Positions 50,846 through 64,000 of a stretch of 64,000 nucleotides of DNA are shown piece by piece. The notes under the pieces were generated by a model. That model was not told where the DNA came from. It saw only the letters and a program-made list of their open reading frames with translations, and made no database searches. The DNA is from Octopus bimaculoides (Eukaryota). The stretch's first letter is position 1, and each line of letters starts with the position of its first letter. Location: positions 24,455,946 through 24,519,945 of the forward strand of contig NC_068999.1 in NCBI RefSeq assembly GCF_001194135.2. Reading direction: 5' to 3'. The position numbers were made by a program, and so were the translations under genes.

Positions 50846-53800
50846 TAATATTTCCCCATGGCTGAACTTTACACACAGGAAAACTGAAATGAACCACATC
50901 TCTTGTATGATAGTGATGCTCTATTACAACCAGCACATGATGTCAAGACATGAATGAATGACACTTATTCACTTATGACGATGAGTGTTCCGGTCAACCA
51001 GATCAACATAACAGCCTGCTCATGAAATTAACGTGCAAGTGACTGAAAATTCCAGACACATGTACCCTGAATGTAGTTCTCAGGAAGATTCAGCGTGACA
51101 CAGAGTGTGACAAGGCTGGCCCTTTGAAATACAGGTGCTACTCATTTCTGCCAGCTGAGTAGACTGGAGCAATGTGAAATAAAGTGTCTTGCTCAAGGAT
51201 ACAACACATCAATGGGAATCAAACATGAGACGTTACGAATGAGTTGAATATCTCTAACCACTAAGCCATGTGCTTTCACTGTCAAGACAAGGGTACACAC
51301 AAAGACATGTACACGCACATATGGTTTCTGTTCTTTGCAACAGAAATACAAATATGGTTTATGGTGCTTAGATTGTTTGAGGATAATGACCGTGTGTAAA
51401 AGCTTATTGAGAAATGAATGGTAATAATATATTTGCAGCAGTAAGGCAGTGAGGTGGCAGAATCATTATTATGCTGGGTGAAATGCTTAATGGCATTTAA
51501 TCCATGTTTACATTGTAAGTTTAAATGTCACTGGAGTTGACTTTGTCTTTCATCTTTTCAGGGTGGATAAAATAAGTACCAGCTGAGGACTGGGGTCGAT
51601 GTAATCAACTTACCCTATCCCCCAGACTTTCTGGCCTTGTGCCAAAATTTGAAACTAATATATTTGTAGCATTATGTTTGGTAGTCATAACACAATCATT
51701 TATACTGGGATTCATGTCGAAAATTTTTGGTGAATTGGATTAAAGCAGTGCTCCAGCATAGACAGTCCTACAACTTAAACCATTAAAAGAATATCACCGT
51801 TTTCAATCTTTCATGTGCGAGTATAGCTGTGTGGTTAAGAAGCTTGCTTTGCAACTATGTAGTTTCAGATTCAATCCTACTGCACAGCACCTTGGGCAAG
51901 TGTCCAGGCTGACAAAATGCCTTATAAGCGAATTTGGTAAATGGAAACTCTGTGGAAGTCTGTTGTATATGTATGCATGTGTGTGCGTGTATGTGTTTGC
52001 TCCTATCTACCATTTGACAACCAATGTTGGTTTGTTTACTTCCCTGTAGCATAACTGTTCAGCAAAAGTGACCAACAGAAAAGTATCAGACTTAAAGAAA
52101 AAAAAAATATATACTGAAGTCAATTTGTTTGGCAACACCTTTCAAGGCAGTACCTCAGCATGGCTGCAGCGCAATGATAAGTAAAAGATAAGATATTCTC
52201 AATGTCTCCACAGGAATACCAGATTCCTAATCTCTTTGGTGTTTGAATGATTTGAGAAATAAAGACCTCTTTAGGTCATGAATGACCAATGGATGGCAAC
52301 CAGAAAGTTACTCTCTGAGGTACAAGTCTGGGCAAGGTTGTTTATGGAAGACTAGCAGTCGCCCATTCATACCAGCCTTCCCTCTCCATGCCACCAGTGT
52401 TATCCAAGGGAAAAGCAAAGGCCGATACAGCTTGACACCAGTGACATCACAACTCGTTTCTACAGCTGAGTGAACTGGAGTGATGTGACATAAAGTGCTT
52501 TGCTCAAGAAACAACACAGCCCAGTCTGGGAATTGAACTCACTACCTCATAATTGTGAGCCTGACACTCTAACCACTGAGCCATATGCCTTCACAGCATG
52601 AGAAATAATGGGCAGATTTTATACACATACAAAACAATGATAAAAGGAGTAAGTAATAATAAATAAGCAACCCAAAATGTAGAGATGGAAGAATATAGAT
52701 GACTGTTACAAAAACAACTTATCTATAAAAACAATTCTGCTGCTTACACCATCTTCTGGTATCACGCCAGTTATGGCTACTTATGACATTTGTCTCTTAT
52801 AAATTAATTACAAGATTATAATTGAAGATTTCTTTATCATGGCAGCAGTTTAATCAAATTGAACAGAACAGGATAACAAGGCCACAAATTTAATATTCCC
52901 ACAAACACTCTTCAATGAAAGAAGAGTTTGAAGTTATGGAGTAGGAGATTCAAGTAATTCCTGACAACTGTCAATCTCAACCTTGATTTTAACAAAAACA
53001 GCTTTTATTCTTTCATATTGGCTTTAACATAGTAGACCCAGTTCATTCAGCTGACAAAAATGAGTTGTTCCTGTATTTGAAAGGGCCAGCCTTGTCACAT
53101 TCTGTGTCCTGCTGAATCTCCATGAGATTCAGTGTGTCTGTGGAATGCTCAGCCACTTGCAGGTTAATTTCATGAGCAAGCTGTTCAGTAGATCGAACCA
53201 ATTGGAACCCTGATTGGCATAACATAGTAGACATATACAAGATGGTACAAACTTTAATAATGCTTTAAAATGAAGCAGCCTATTAAAAACAGCAGTCAAA
53301 TCTCCTTCAAACTATACCCTATTATCTTAAAAGGATGAATATATAGAATGGTCATGGTTGGAATGCTCATCAAACTATGAAGAATAATTACCATCAGATT
53401 GAAATATCATCTAGTACTGAAGAGGGTGGGAAAAATTTTCATTTGGGAATTGTGTGCATGTCACCAAATAATAAGATCACAAAGAGTAGTTTGGGATAGA
53501 ATTTTTCTGTTTATGTGTGGAATTGGAAGGAAAGATGACGATTTCAGTCATATGCTTCAGTTTTGAAAAGGTCAGAGGTAAAGTAGATTTGCTGCCAAAA
53601 ATAATTGGCTTAGGATTAATAGAGCTCTGATCAATTAGGTTGATGAGAAGTCAACAGATAGTTTGAGAGGCTGAGGATGTTGTGTAGTTGTTGTTTATCC
53701 CCAAGCTGGCTCTGATGAAACTGCCAATATACATGGCAAAAAGATAACACACACACACATGCACAAAACACACGCCCACAAAATCTTCTTCATAGATTCC

Positions 53801-56129
53801 ATCTACCAAATCTATCAAATTGTGGTTGACATATCTGACTAAAACACTTGAAGATGGTACCCCAGCATGGCTATACTTAATCACAACCATCTAGTCTTTT
53901 ATAATACATTCAAGACCACATTTTAATGTGTCCTTCATTTTATAAACAATAAGGTTTAATTTGAAGGGGATTTGGATGTTATTTCTAGCAAGTTACAAAA
54001 CAGCTTGAAAGTGGATTGCATTCAATAGGTAATGAACCAATAATCTTACAGGGTCAAAGAGTTTAATGGCAGAGTAAGGGAGAAGAAAGATGAGTTAATA
54101 AGCTAGGTCACAGAAGGAATAGGGGAGGATATGTTTCAACATATATTCATCGAGGAATGACAAAAACAGATGTTAGTTTTGGATTCAAGGAGCAGAAATA
54201 TTTCAGAGAGGGATGAATAGAAATAAAACTCATCAATTCAGGACAAGAAATAGACAAATAAATAAGGTGGTGAGATTAGCAGCCCTATTTTTTACTACAA
54301 CTGCCACTGTGACAACTGTCTCAAAAGCCAATGCCAATCAAAAGTGGATAACTTTTCTACCATCAGCAGACTGAAAATGATTGAGAGCACAGATATAGCT
54401 GTGTGGTTATGTTTACTACATGACCATGTGGTTTCAAACTGAATCCTATTATGTGTAATCTAGGGGGAACTGTCTTGTACCATACCTTACATGATGAATG
54501 GTGAATTAAATTTGGTAGATGGGGAATTAAGCTAACACTTGTTTATTTATAGAATGTATGATTATATGTACATGCCTAACACTTAATGACCAAAAAAAAA
54601 AGTGTGTTAAATGAGAATGATGATGAGTATGCACATTCCAATGGCTAAGGGTCAGGTACTTCAACCCCCACCACTCCTTGCTACACATTGCAGTCATGTG
54701 TTTCACCTGTACACTTCACTAGTCATCTTGATGTAATTGTTTCATCTACGTCTTTGTTACCCATAAGCCTGTTTTTCATCCATTCAGCCCCTGAGAATAT
54801 GGGCACAGAGGTTCTGAGCCTTGAAAATGTGGTCAAATATAGCAATTTTTACTACCTGACTGTTACTACAAGTTTTTTCTTGTCATCCCATTTCTTCTAG
54901 AATTCAACCATCCATTCAACTAATCTGCAGCACTCCCTTGTAGCAGATCATCTCAAACACTAAGTCACTTAGTGTCTGCTGGCTTTAGAGCCTATGCTTC
55001 ATCCATACAATGCTACAAGATAGATCAAAACTTCTAGAAGTTTCAGCTTGAAAATTCTGTCTCAGTTGCTTTCTCTTTAACTCAATTGACTTTGCCTTTT
55101 GTACTCTTCTAATATTGATAAAATGAGTACCAGGTGAAGTATTGTGGTTGAGATAACAGACTAAAACCCTTGAAAGTGGTGCTCCTGCAAAATCAATGTA
55201 CATAGGTGAAAACCAGTAAAGCAATAAAAGGGATTGACGATATGATTTAATAGTGCATTGTTCAGAAGAAGTAAGAATATGATTTGCATGTCTTCTCGAT
55301 AATTATAGTGACTAAGATTCATTCAACAACTCCAAGACAATATCATTATACTCCAATTCAAGGGAGTTTTCAGGATCCCAGTACAGAGAAATTGTATATA
55401 GCTAGGTTCCATTTGGAATGAATGAAGAATTTTAAGGAGTTAACTTTATACTTGTACAGAGGTATAGAGTTAACAATGAGGACAAAAACTGTACAAGCAG
55501 CGTTGTGCGATGTAACCCTAGACAAGATTGAAACATTGTATACCAAGAAGACATAACTATTCTATTTCATTATATATTGCAATTTGTAAACAATTGTTTT
55601 GGTTAGAAGTTTCCAATAGATCAATGACTCATTACTTTTCAAATGGTGAGAGTGAAATTTGAATGTTTGTAACTTAATGCAGAACAAATATCTTAAAGGA
55701 CATTATTTACAAAGCATCATTTTCTTCTTCATTGATAGACAGAAAAGATAATACACATACATTTTAATGTCCACTTTTTCATACTTGCATGGGTGGGGGA
55801 GAGTTTACTGGGGGCAGATTATCTACAATCAGATGCTTTTCCTGTCACCAACACTCACCTGCTTCCCAGCAAGGTAATATTTCCTCATGGCCAGACAATT
55901 TTCCAGAATATTGGAAATGACACTATTTGTATGACAGTAACACATTTACAACTATCACACAGTATTAAAACAAAGAAACAAACACACAAGGACATATATC
56001 TGTGAAACATTCACACATATACTCACACAACCACAATATATCTATAAACGACATGCTTATTTCAGTTTCTATCTAACAAATGCACTCATAAAGGCTTTAC
56101 TTAGCTCAAGACTACCATAGGAAACACTT

Positions 56130-56365
56130 GCTTAAAGTGTGATGGCAAGAATGGATGAGGATAGCTGTGTGAAAAAGAGCGACACACTAGTGGTTGAGAG
56201 AACATGTGGAGGAGGCAGGCCCAGGAAGACCTGGGATGAGGTGGTGAAGCACAACCTCCAAACATTAGGCCTCACTGAGGCAATGATTTCTGACCGAGAC
56301 CTTTGGAAATATGCAGTACATGAGAAGACCCGGCAAGCCAAGTGAGACCAAAATCCAAGGCCTCT
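56130..56365 (+). mobile_element. RTE LINE 3' end
   Basis: MDEDSCVKK..GGGRPRKTWDEVVK..DRDLWKYAVHEKTRQAK*. Confidence 0.8.
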
Positions 56366-56654
56366 GCCNNNNNNNNNNNNNNNNNNNNNNNNNNNNNNNN
56401 NNNNNNNNNNNNNNNNNNNNNNNNNNNNNNNNNNNNNNNNNNNNNNNNNNNNNNNNNNNNNNNNNNNNTTTATTTTTTTCCCACCAAAATGAATGCTGCA
56501 AGGGTAAAACCCTTTTGGATGAAAGATGATGCTACCCTTTGTAAACATTGTGTAAACATTTTTGTGCCAATCAGCTGTCATTCTCTGGCTGTTATTCCTA
56601 AAGTACAGAAGTAAAGAGCTTGCTTGCCAGATTTTTGTTGTCATGCAAGATGGC

Positions 56655-57259
56655 TGAACACATTGGGCAGAGTCCATAAACCCATGTTTCATCACCAGTG
56701 ATGATGGTCTTCATGAAGTATGGATCATGGCTTGTACAGTCCAGCATATCCTGAGCAATTTCTATGCAGAGTTGCTTCTGCTGCTTTGTCAGCATCTTGG
56801 GGACAAATTTCACCAACACTCTCCACATGCACAAATCTTCCATTAAAATGAAATGCACTGATTCTGTGCTTATTGCCATTTCGTGATCAATTTCCTGGAT
56901 TCTAGGACTTTGCCAATCCTTTCAGCTTTAAGATGACCTGCCTGAATGTGCCTTGCACTCCACTGAGGTGTGGTCATGTTTGAAGCAGTTATACCACTCC
57001 TTGATCTAAGTTTTGCTCATGGTATCATTGCCAAGGGCCTGATGAATCTTCTGGCTGGTTTGAACTTAAGTATCACCAAGCTTTTGTCAAAATTTAAGAC
57101 AACATCTCTGTTCAATGCATTTGGTGAAAACAAAAATCCGGTGAGTGCACACTACATGTCAGTACTTGAGACAGACACAACCAGAAACTGATGTGCCCAC
57201 ACAACATTAGTTTTGACAGGAAAAATATAAAGTCTGATACTTTTTGAATGCACTTTGTA
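56655..57259 (-). mobile_element. mariner transposon remnant, 5' portion with terminus
   Basis: KFVPKML..IITGDETWVYG; terminus TACAAAGTGCATTCAAAAAGTATCAGACT. Confidence 0.8.
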
Positions 57260-57266
57260 TATATAA

Positions 57267-57315
<49 letters not shown>

Positions 57316-58098
57316 NNNNNNNNNNNNNNNNNNNNNNNNNNNNNNNNNNNNNNNNNNNNNNNNNNNNNNNNNNNNNNNNNNNNNNNNNNNNNNNNNNNNN
57401 NNNNNNNNNNNNNNNNNNNNNNNNNNNNNNNNNNNNNNNNNNNNNNNNNNNNNNNNNNNNNNNNNNNNNNNNNNNNNNNNNNNNNNNNNNNNNNNNNNNN
57501 NNNNNNNNNNNNNNNNNNNNNNNNNNNNNNNNNNNNNNNNNNNNNNNNNNNNNNNNNNNNNNNNNNNNNNNNNNNNNNNNNNNNNNNNNNNNNNNNNNNN
57601 NNNNNNNNNNNNNNNNNNNNNNNNNNNNNNNNNNNNNNNNNNNNNNNNNNNNNNNNNNNNNNNNNNNNNNNNNNNNNNNNNNNNNNNNNNNNNNNNNNNN
57701 NNNNNNNNNNNNNNNNNNNNNNNNNNNNNNNNNNNNNNNNNNNNNNNNNNNNNNNNNNNNNNNNNNNNNNNNNNNNNNNNNNNNNNNNNNNNNNNNNNNN
57801 NNNNNNNNNNNNNNNNNNNNNNNNNNNNNNNNNNNNNNNNNNNNNNNNNNNNNNNNNNNNNNNNNNNNNNNNNNNNNNNNNNNNNNNNNNNNNNNNNNNN
57901 NNNNNNNNNNNNNNNNNNNNNNNNNNNNNNNNNNNNNNNNNNNNNNNNNNNNNNNNNNNNNNNNNNNNNNNNNNNNNNNNNNNNNNNNNNNNNNNNNNNN
58001 NNNNNNNNNNNNNNNNNNNNNNNNNNNNNNNNNNNNNNNNNNNNNNNNNNNNNNNNNNNNNNNNNNNNNNNNNNNNNNNNNNNNNNNNNNNNNNNNNN

Positions 58099-58157
58099 AC
58101 AGATAGACGGATAGACAGATAGACAGATAGACGGATAGACAGATAGACGGATAGATG

Positions 58158-58208
<51 letters not shown>

Positions 58209-58345
58209 GACAGACAGAAAGACAGATAGACAGATAGTTAGATAGACAGATAGATAGCTAGACAGACAGACAGACAGATAAACAAACAGACAGATAGATA
58301 GATAGACAGACAGATAGACAGACAGATAGACAGTCAGATAGATAA
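58099..58345. repeat. (GATA/GACA)n tetranucleotide array
   Basis: Seen directly, next to gap 57316-58098. Confidence 0.95.
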
Positions 58346-59659
58346 CATCCACTTTTCCATGCATACATAGGTCAGATGAAATTTGTTGGATGCCCTTCCT
58401 GTTGCCAACCCTCACCTGTTTCCAAGTAAGGTAATATTTCCCCATTGCCAAACATATGTTTCACAGAAGACTGGAGCAAGGGTACATTGAACTCATACCC
58501 TCTCCCCATATATAAATATATGATGGGCTTCTTTCAGTTTCTATCTATCAAATCTACTCTTGAAGCTTTGGTAGATCTGAGGCTATAGAAGACACTTGCC
58601 AAACATAGTGGAAAAGAGAGAAGAAAGGAGAGAGGGAGAGAGAGAGAAAATGACAAGAGAGATGTGAATAACTAAATAATGAATGGATAACTAAATCTGA
58701 GAATCAATTTCATGCTCATTCACATCTGTAACACTAATTAATATGTAACAAAAAACATTTGATTATATTTTGATTAAAATCTCTTTATTAATAACAAAAC
58801 AAATAACTTTGGTATGTAGCTGCTTCTTAACCCAAAGTCAACCATCATATTGTAGACCTTTCCTCAAAGACACTCCAGCATGACTATTCTTGTCTTTTTG
58901 TATATCTACAATCGCATTGCCAAATGTAGCCACACTTTTTCTTTTTCTTTTAGATAGGTGTCATTTGTGAGAATGTTCACTTGTTATTTCTACCACATCA
59001 CTGGCTTTAAAGCATTAACATCCACGTATAATATAATAATTAGCTGGAGTTTGTCACACTAATGAGATAGTTGTATGTAGGTGGTTATTAGACAACAAAT
59101 TGGAAGTGAGTGTGTGACAGTTGGAGAAGTAAAATGAACACTAGTAGAAGGGGGAGGTGTTTAACCACACTACTCTGACGTTTTTACTTTCATTTTAGTT
59201 CTAATATATAACATGATATTGAATATATTTTCTAAAAAAGAAAAGAAAAAATTTCATTTGAACACTTGTGTTATTTTCAATAATCAATACAACTGTCATT
59301 TGATGACACGGTTACACGAGTTATTTTATACCAGGTCAATAAGACTAACCAAAGATAAACTCTATATTGCCACTTATATGCCAAGAACTTTCATTTTGAT
59401 TTGGAAAATGTCAATGATAGAAAATGTTATGGTGAAGAGGAGCCTAATGATAACACGGTGATTAACAACCAAAATATTTGTGATTATTTATCAAATAAGG
59501 TGAGGCCTGAGTAACTGAATAAACAATAAACAACTTCAAGTGATATTTTGTTGCTAATAGATAATCAATAAGAAAATAAACAGATGTTACTACACTGTTC
59601 AAATATCAAATTCTATCTTTCAATATGTTTAGTGTAAAGATGTTTACCTATTGGATTAT

Positions 59660-60560
59660 ATTTTAAAAGAAGAGAAGACTGTAGGAGAGACGGAAACAGA
59701 GAAGAAAGAAAAGAAAAGAGAAGTTGAGGATGGAAGATGATTATAACAAACTGAATTAAGTACGATAAAGAAACCGAGACAAGACGAGATACAGAAGGAA
59801 ATATGATGAAGGGGCAAGAAAGAAAAAAAGAGAGTGAAAGGGTAGAGAAAGGAAGAAAGAATAAAAGAGAGGTGGGGAGAGAACAGAAGTAGGGAAGAGA
59901 GAGTTAAGGGAAAGAAAGAGTGAAAGGAAGAGAGAAGAATGAAATAAGGAAAGAGAGAGATAAAGGGAGAGAGCAAGAATGGAGTGGATGAGAAGGAAAG
60001 ATAAAGAAAGTGATTGGAAAGGAGAGAAAGAGAGACTGGTGAAAAAGACACAAGTGATGGCAGTAAAGAGAAGGTTACTGAAGGGGACGATAGAGAAAGA
60101 GAGATGGGTAAAGGGAAAAAGACGGATAAAAGAACAGAGAGAAGGTTATTAAGGAGGGGGGGCAAAAGAATTGAAAAATATGGATGAGATGAAGAAGAGA
60201 GAAACTAGTGAAAGAGAAGTCGTAGAAATAGAGGGACAAAGAGAAATGAAATACAGGAGATGGAAAGAAATAGGGATGAAAGAGAAGGAACACGATAGAA
60301 AGCGGGGATGAATGAAAGAAGAGACGGGAGGAGAGACAGAGAAGAATGAATGAAGAAGAAATGCGGCGAAAGATGGATGAAAGAAAGAAAATGGAAGTTG
60401 GGCTGTATGGCGATGCAGGAAAATGAGAAACGAAGCGATTCAGATGGAGTGAAGCTGAGAGACTGTCACTGACGAGATTACAATGAGAAGAGACGTAACA
60501 GTAAAAGATGAGTAGAGAGTAAAGGAAGCTTCCAGTGACAATGATAATAATGAATGAGAT
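59660..60560. repeat. Purine-rich (GA) low-complexity tract in intron 1
   Basis: About 900 bp strongly A/G-biased on the plus strand. Confidence 0.85.
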
Positions 60561-61530
60561 AGGAAAAAAAAAAAAAAACGGGTCAAGAGAGCTTGATACT
60601 GAACGAGAATAATTACCAGTATATACATATATTGTACTTTGAAGTATTCTAAAGAGAAGGACACCAGATTAGTCTTCCAGGAGTATTTTTTAAAAATAAA
60701 TACATACATTATGCGTTATGCATTTTAGTACTTCGCCTTAAATTGTGCTACTTTCCCTCTTTTGAGAGGAAAACATGCGACAATGTGTGTGTACATATAT
60801 AAATATCTGAAAGAAAAAAATGTGTCTCCTTCAGCCGAATTATAATCGATCATAATGATTTAATTACATATTTATCGGAAATGAAAGTGCAAGACAACAG
60901 GTGACTGAATAAACAAAACAAAAATTCGGCGCAAATGTCTGTTTGACACACACAAGTTTCAGAGAACTAAGTGTCATTTACCAGCAATATCATCCGAGAA
61001 TTATGTTAATGTTATTTATACGTTCGTTTACAAGAGAAAACAAGCCAGTATAGGCAAATAAGCATAGTTGTGAAGGCTACGAATGTCAAACACATGAATG
61101 AATACGAAACACACACATACACATTTGAATGAACATAGACACACCCTCACATACATAAACATGTAACTTCATTTTAAATAAATCTATATTTAATATCAAT
61201 TTTCAAATAGAGTAAATTGGAAAGAAAATTAACCAGAAATTCTGAAATAAAAGTTATTCTAATAAGTAATATTTGTTTTCCTAACTGAAGAACTGTAGCA
61301 CTATGTTACACTTCTTAAATTACGTCTCAGAATTGGTTTCAATCGAAGACAATCGAACGAACCTATATTAGAATAAATTGATAGTTTATGAAACACTAGC
61401 ATAGAAGCAGTTTTTTCCTTTTAAGGTGTAACATCGATTGTAACAACAAAGATGAAAGACTTAGTGATTTAGTGATACAAACTGGTTGATACAACATAAG
61501 ATTAAAGACGTCTGTATCTTGGTTACTTAC

Positions 61531-61623
61531 CCAAAACATGAAGTTGAAAACCATAAGTAACGTTTTCATACAAGTCACCACTGGCGCCGACACCATAGCT
61601 GACTGCATCCGATTTTTAGACAT
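61531..61623 (-). CDS. TSPAN7: Tetraspanin (TSPAN6/7-like) coding exon 1: MSKNRMQSAMVSAPVVTCMKTLLMVFNFMFW
   Basis: ATG at 61623; 31 codons resembling the TSPAN7 N-terminus/TM1 (PVITCLKTLLIIYSFVFW); TGG|GTAAGT donor, phase 0. The symbol reflects family similarity; TSPAN6 versus TSPAN7 cannot be resolved. Confidence 0.93.
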
Positions 61624-61769
61624 TGTGCAACAAACGAAATGGTAAACTGAAGATAAGTAAAAAGGAAATCCGACCTACAAAACTACCAGCTGTCAAATTA
61701 CGGACCGTAAAGCAAAGCAGTTTGCCTTCAATTAAAAAAAAAAAGAAAAACAAGCAGAAAAAGACTGCA

Positions 61770-61880
61770 GAAAGTACGCATGCGCCAGGGCTTGAGGCAA
61801 GATGCTTGTTGCAGCTGCAATTACAGCATAAATTCCCAGTAGTTTTAAATGTAGATGCTAAGTTTTCCGGACAACCACTT
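61770..61880 (-). promoter_or_regulatory. Probable proximal promoter of the tetraspanin
   Basis: Non-repetitive, CpG-containing stretch 150-250 nt upstream of the ATG; NRF1-like CGCATGCGC at 61777-61785 and ETS core CCGGAA at 61870-61865. Motif matches only. Confidence 0.4.
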
Positions 61881-62339
61881 AAGTAAAATAAGTCTGAATG
61901 GAAATAATCTTTAAAACAAGTTAACGTCTTCGTATCACCACCATCATCATCATCAATTTTCTTGAGTCAACAAGGGAAACGCTATGTGATAACTCGATTT
62001 GCTTGAAATGACAGCAATTCAAATTGTTTTCTACTGTCTTAAAGAAAAGAAAGAACACATTAGATAATGTAGTCCAAGATGTCACTAAATTGACGGGATG
62101 GTCACAGCTGGGATATTGTTTGATCACAAGTCTGCTAAAATGATGACGATCTAGAGTTACAACACTCATCAATTCTCTAAATTTATTCTAATTACTTACA
62201 CGTTAAGGTTCATGAACTTCACAATAAAACATTTTTAGGTAACTTAGAAACAATATAGAAAGACGCTCTGATGATTTTGTCGATTAAGTATTCAATTTCC
62301 ACCTTTATTATTTTCCTTCACTCATTTCTTGCTCCAGTA

Positions 62340-62412
62340 TTTCATTCTTCTCTCTCTCTCTCTCTCTGTTTGTCTGTCTCTCTTTCGCTTTCTGTTTTTC
62401 TGTTTCTTTCTT

Positions 62413-62443
<31 letters not shown>

Positions 62444-62495
62444 TCTTCTTCTTCTTCTTCTTCTTCTTCTTTCGTTGCTTTTCTCTCTCTCTCTA
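62340..62495. repeat. (CT)n/(CTTT)n/(CTT)n compound microsatellite
   Basis: Seen directly. Confidence 0.9.
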
Positions 62496-63677
62496 TAAAA
62501 ATAACTCAGTAAATACATTTCTTTCCATGAACATATTGGAAAGTAGAATTTTGATATTTCTACTGTGTATTCTACTGTGGTAACATCTGCTATTGTTTTA
62601 TTGATTACCAATTAACAATGAAATATCACTTCAAGAAGTTGTTTTCTTGCTTATTCAGCCCATTGGCCACTTGGTAAATTAACACAAATATTTTGATTAA
62701 CCACCATGCTCTCAATTTCATTTCATTTTATTCCATTTTATTTGCTTTGGTTTTATGAAAAAATCCTTGCTGAAAATTTTGTATCTTAAATATTTATAAG
62801 TCAAAAACAATAGGAAATACTTCTGAGAAGCCTTGGCATGTTTCTGGAAATAGTGTTAAAAACTGGTGACTTTCATACTGACTTAGTATTGTAAATGTCA
62901 GTAATTTGTTTTGTTATTAGTTGTTGCTGTTTTACTCAGAATCAACCCTGGTTGAATATACCTATGATGAAAGGCAATCAAGCTATGGCCATCTTATCTT
63001 TGGTTCACACATAATGGCTTTTACTTGTTTCTGTTATTAGACTGCAGCTATGCTGGGCTACCATCTTCATGAATTTGTAGTCAAGTGAATCAACTCCAGT
63101 ACTTATTTTTTTCTTAAGCCTGATACTTATTCTATTGGTCTCTTTTGTTGAACTGCCAGGTTACATGGATGTAAACACACTATCACCAGTTGTCCACAGA
63201 CACACACACATATACAACGGGCTTCTTCCATTTTTCATCTATCAAATCCACTCACATGGCTTTAGTCAGCCCAAAGCTATAGTAGAAGACACTTGCTCAA
63301 GGTGCCATGCAGTGGGACTGAACCCAGAACCATGTGGTTAGGCAGCAAGCTTCTTACTACATAGCCATGCCTGTGCCTGTATAGAAATAATTAACCAATG
63401 TATACATTTCTTTCTCAAGACAAATTTGTCAAGTGGTATGCATAGCATACCACACTATTTAGCCCCACCAACCTGGGTTCACACTATTGCAAGAATTCTG
63501 AAAGACCCCTGACCTGAAAATAAATGATCCCTTGATATGGCACTTCTAACTGCATTATACCTTTTGTAGTACTACTGTTGTCAGAAAGTACAGGTGGAAA
63601 AGGTTTCTCAAAGAAGGGACTCCACCAGATAAGACAGGTACACAGCTCGTGAATAAAACCTTGAGAGACACACTTAC

Positions 63678-63840
63678 CAGCTGGCTTTTAATCTTGAATC
63701 CTTCTTTCCTGGCTTGTGTCTGATTCCCCACTGAGGAAAGGAATTCAAGAAGCCTACCTATGACTACTGACTTCCAGGGATTGATGTAGCAATTGCAGAC
63801 ACTCCTGAGTTGTTTTCATTTTGCCATCTCTCTTGGAAAG
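63678..63840 (-). other. Candidate non-coding (5' UTR) exon
   Basis: ttttcattttcatgtag| acceptor and CTG|gtaagt donor around 163 nt that have stops in all three frames. Confidence 0.3.
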
Positions 63841-64000
63841 CTACATGAAAATGAAAATTAAGCAAATTAAGAAACAAATCTACTGGACAATTCTCGGTCT
63901 AACCTAGCCTCCCCCCACCCACCACCACCAATAATCAACTACTAACATTTTATTCTCTTCTGAGCGACTTAGTTCCATCCTCTATCTCTAACCCATCACT

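Larger units (their letters stand above)
1610..58098. other. Assembly gaps (N runs): 1610-2275, 3157-3754, 4281-5250, 18875-19158, 21052-21710, 28454-28655, 29565-29574, 38080-38089, 43068-43167, 56369-56468, 57316-58098
   Basis: N runs, mostly flanked by (TA)n/(CA)n microsatellites. Confidence 1.

Noticed and set aside
59656-60293. Hydrophobic L/F/S-rich ORFs (169 and 72 aa)
   Set aside because: Low-complexity translation of the pyrimidine strand of the GA tract.
61818-61845. aattcccag resembling a ZNF143/Staf site
   Set aside because: Only a partial match; the ACTACA half is not correctly placed.
63695-63840. Frame with a single in-frame TGA (possible selenocysteine)
   Set aside because: No recognisable homology, no SECIS seen, and out of frame with the tetraspanin ATG if spliced.
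1-64000. CRISPR arrays, rRNA genes, prokaryotic operons or defence systems
   Set aside because: None seen; the window is spliceosomal-intron-containing animal DNA, and its regular repeats are microsatellites or dispersed TEs.

Overview
This is eukaryotic, AT-rich, microsatellite- and SINE-dense DNA with several assembly gaps. The repeat families look cephalopod (Octopus-like), which is my inference and not a database result. There is one clear host gene: a minus-strand TSPAN6/7-type tetraspanin. I reconstructed six phase-0 coding exons by eye (61623-61531, 38470-38282, 36884-36810, 29498-29397, 27191-27039, 26663-26580; 232 aa). The canonical last exon (LxGxxLACCL...YExx) is not visible; a short candidate terminal exon (LLGLHVLRNSE*) lies at 25724-25689. 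The rest is decayed mobile DNA: RTE, CR1/Jockey-like and R4/Dong-like LINEs, maT, mariner and Tigger remnants, Helitrons, tRNA-derived SINEs and many palindromic MITEs. Nearly all ORFs in the supplied track are artefacts of gaps, microsatellites or TE remnants. The most unusual non-coding signals are a near-canonical minimal type I hammerhead ribozyme motif (5336-5297, minus), a 64-bp near-perfect inverted duplication in intron 2, palindromic MITEs bracketing exon 4, and a foldback element with an 8-bp target duplication and a head-to-head telomere-like core. I found no new protein-coding system. Repeat boundaries are approximate unless termini are quoted.
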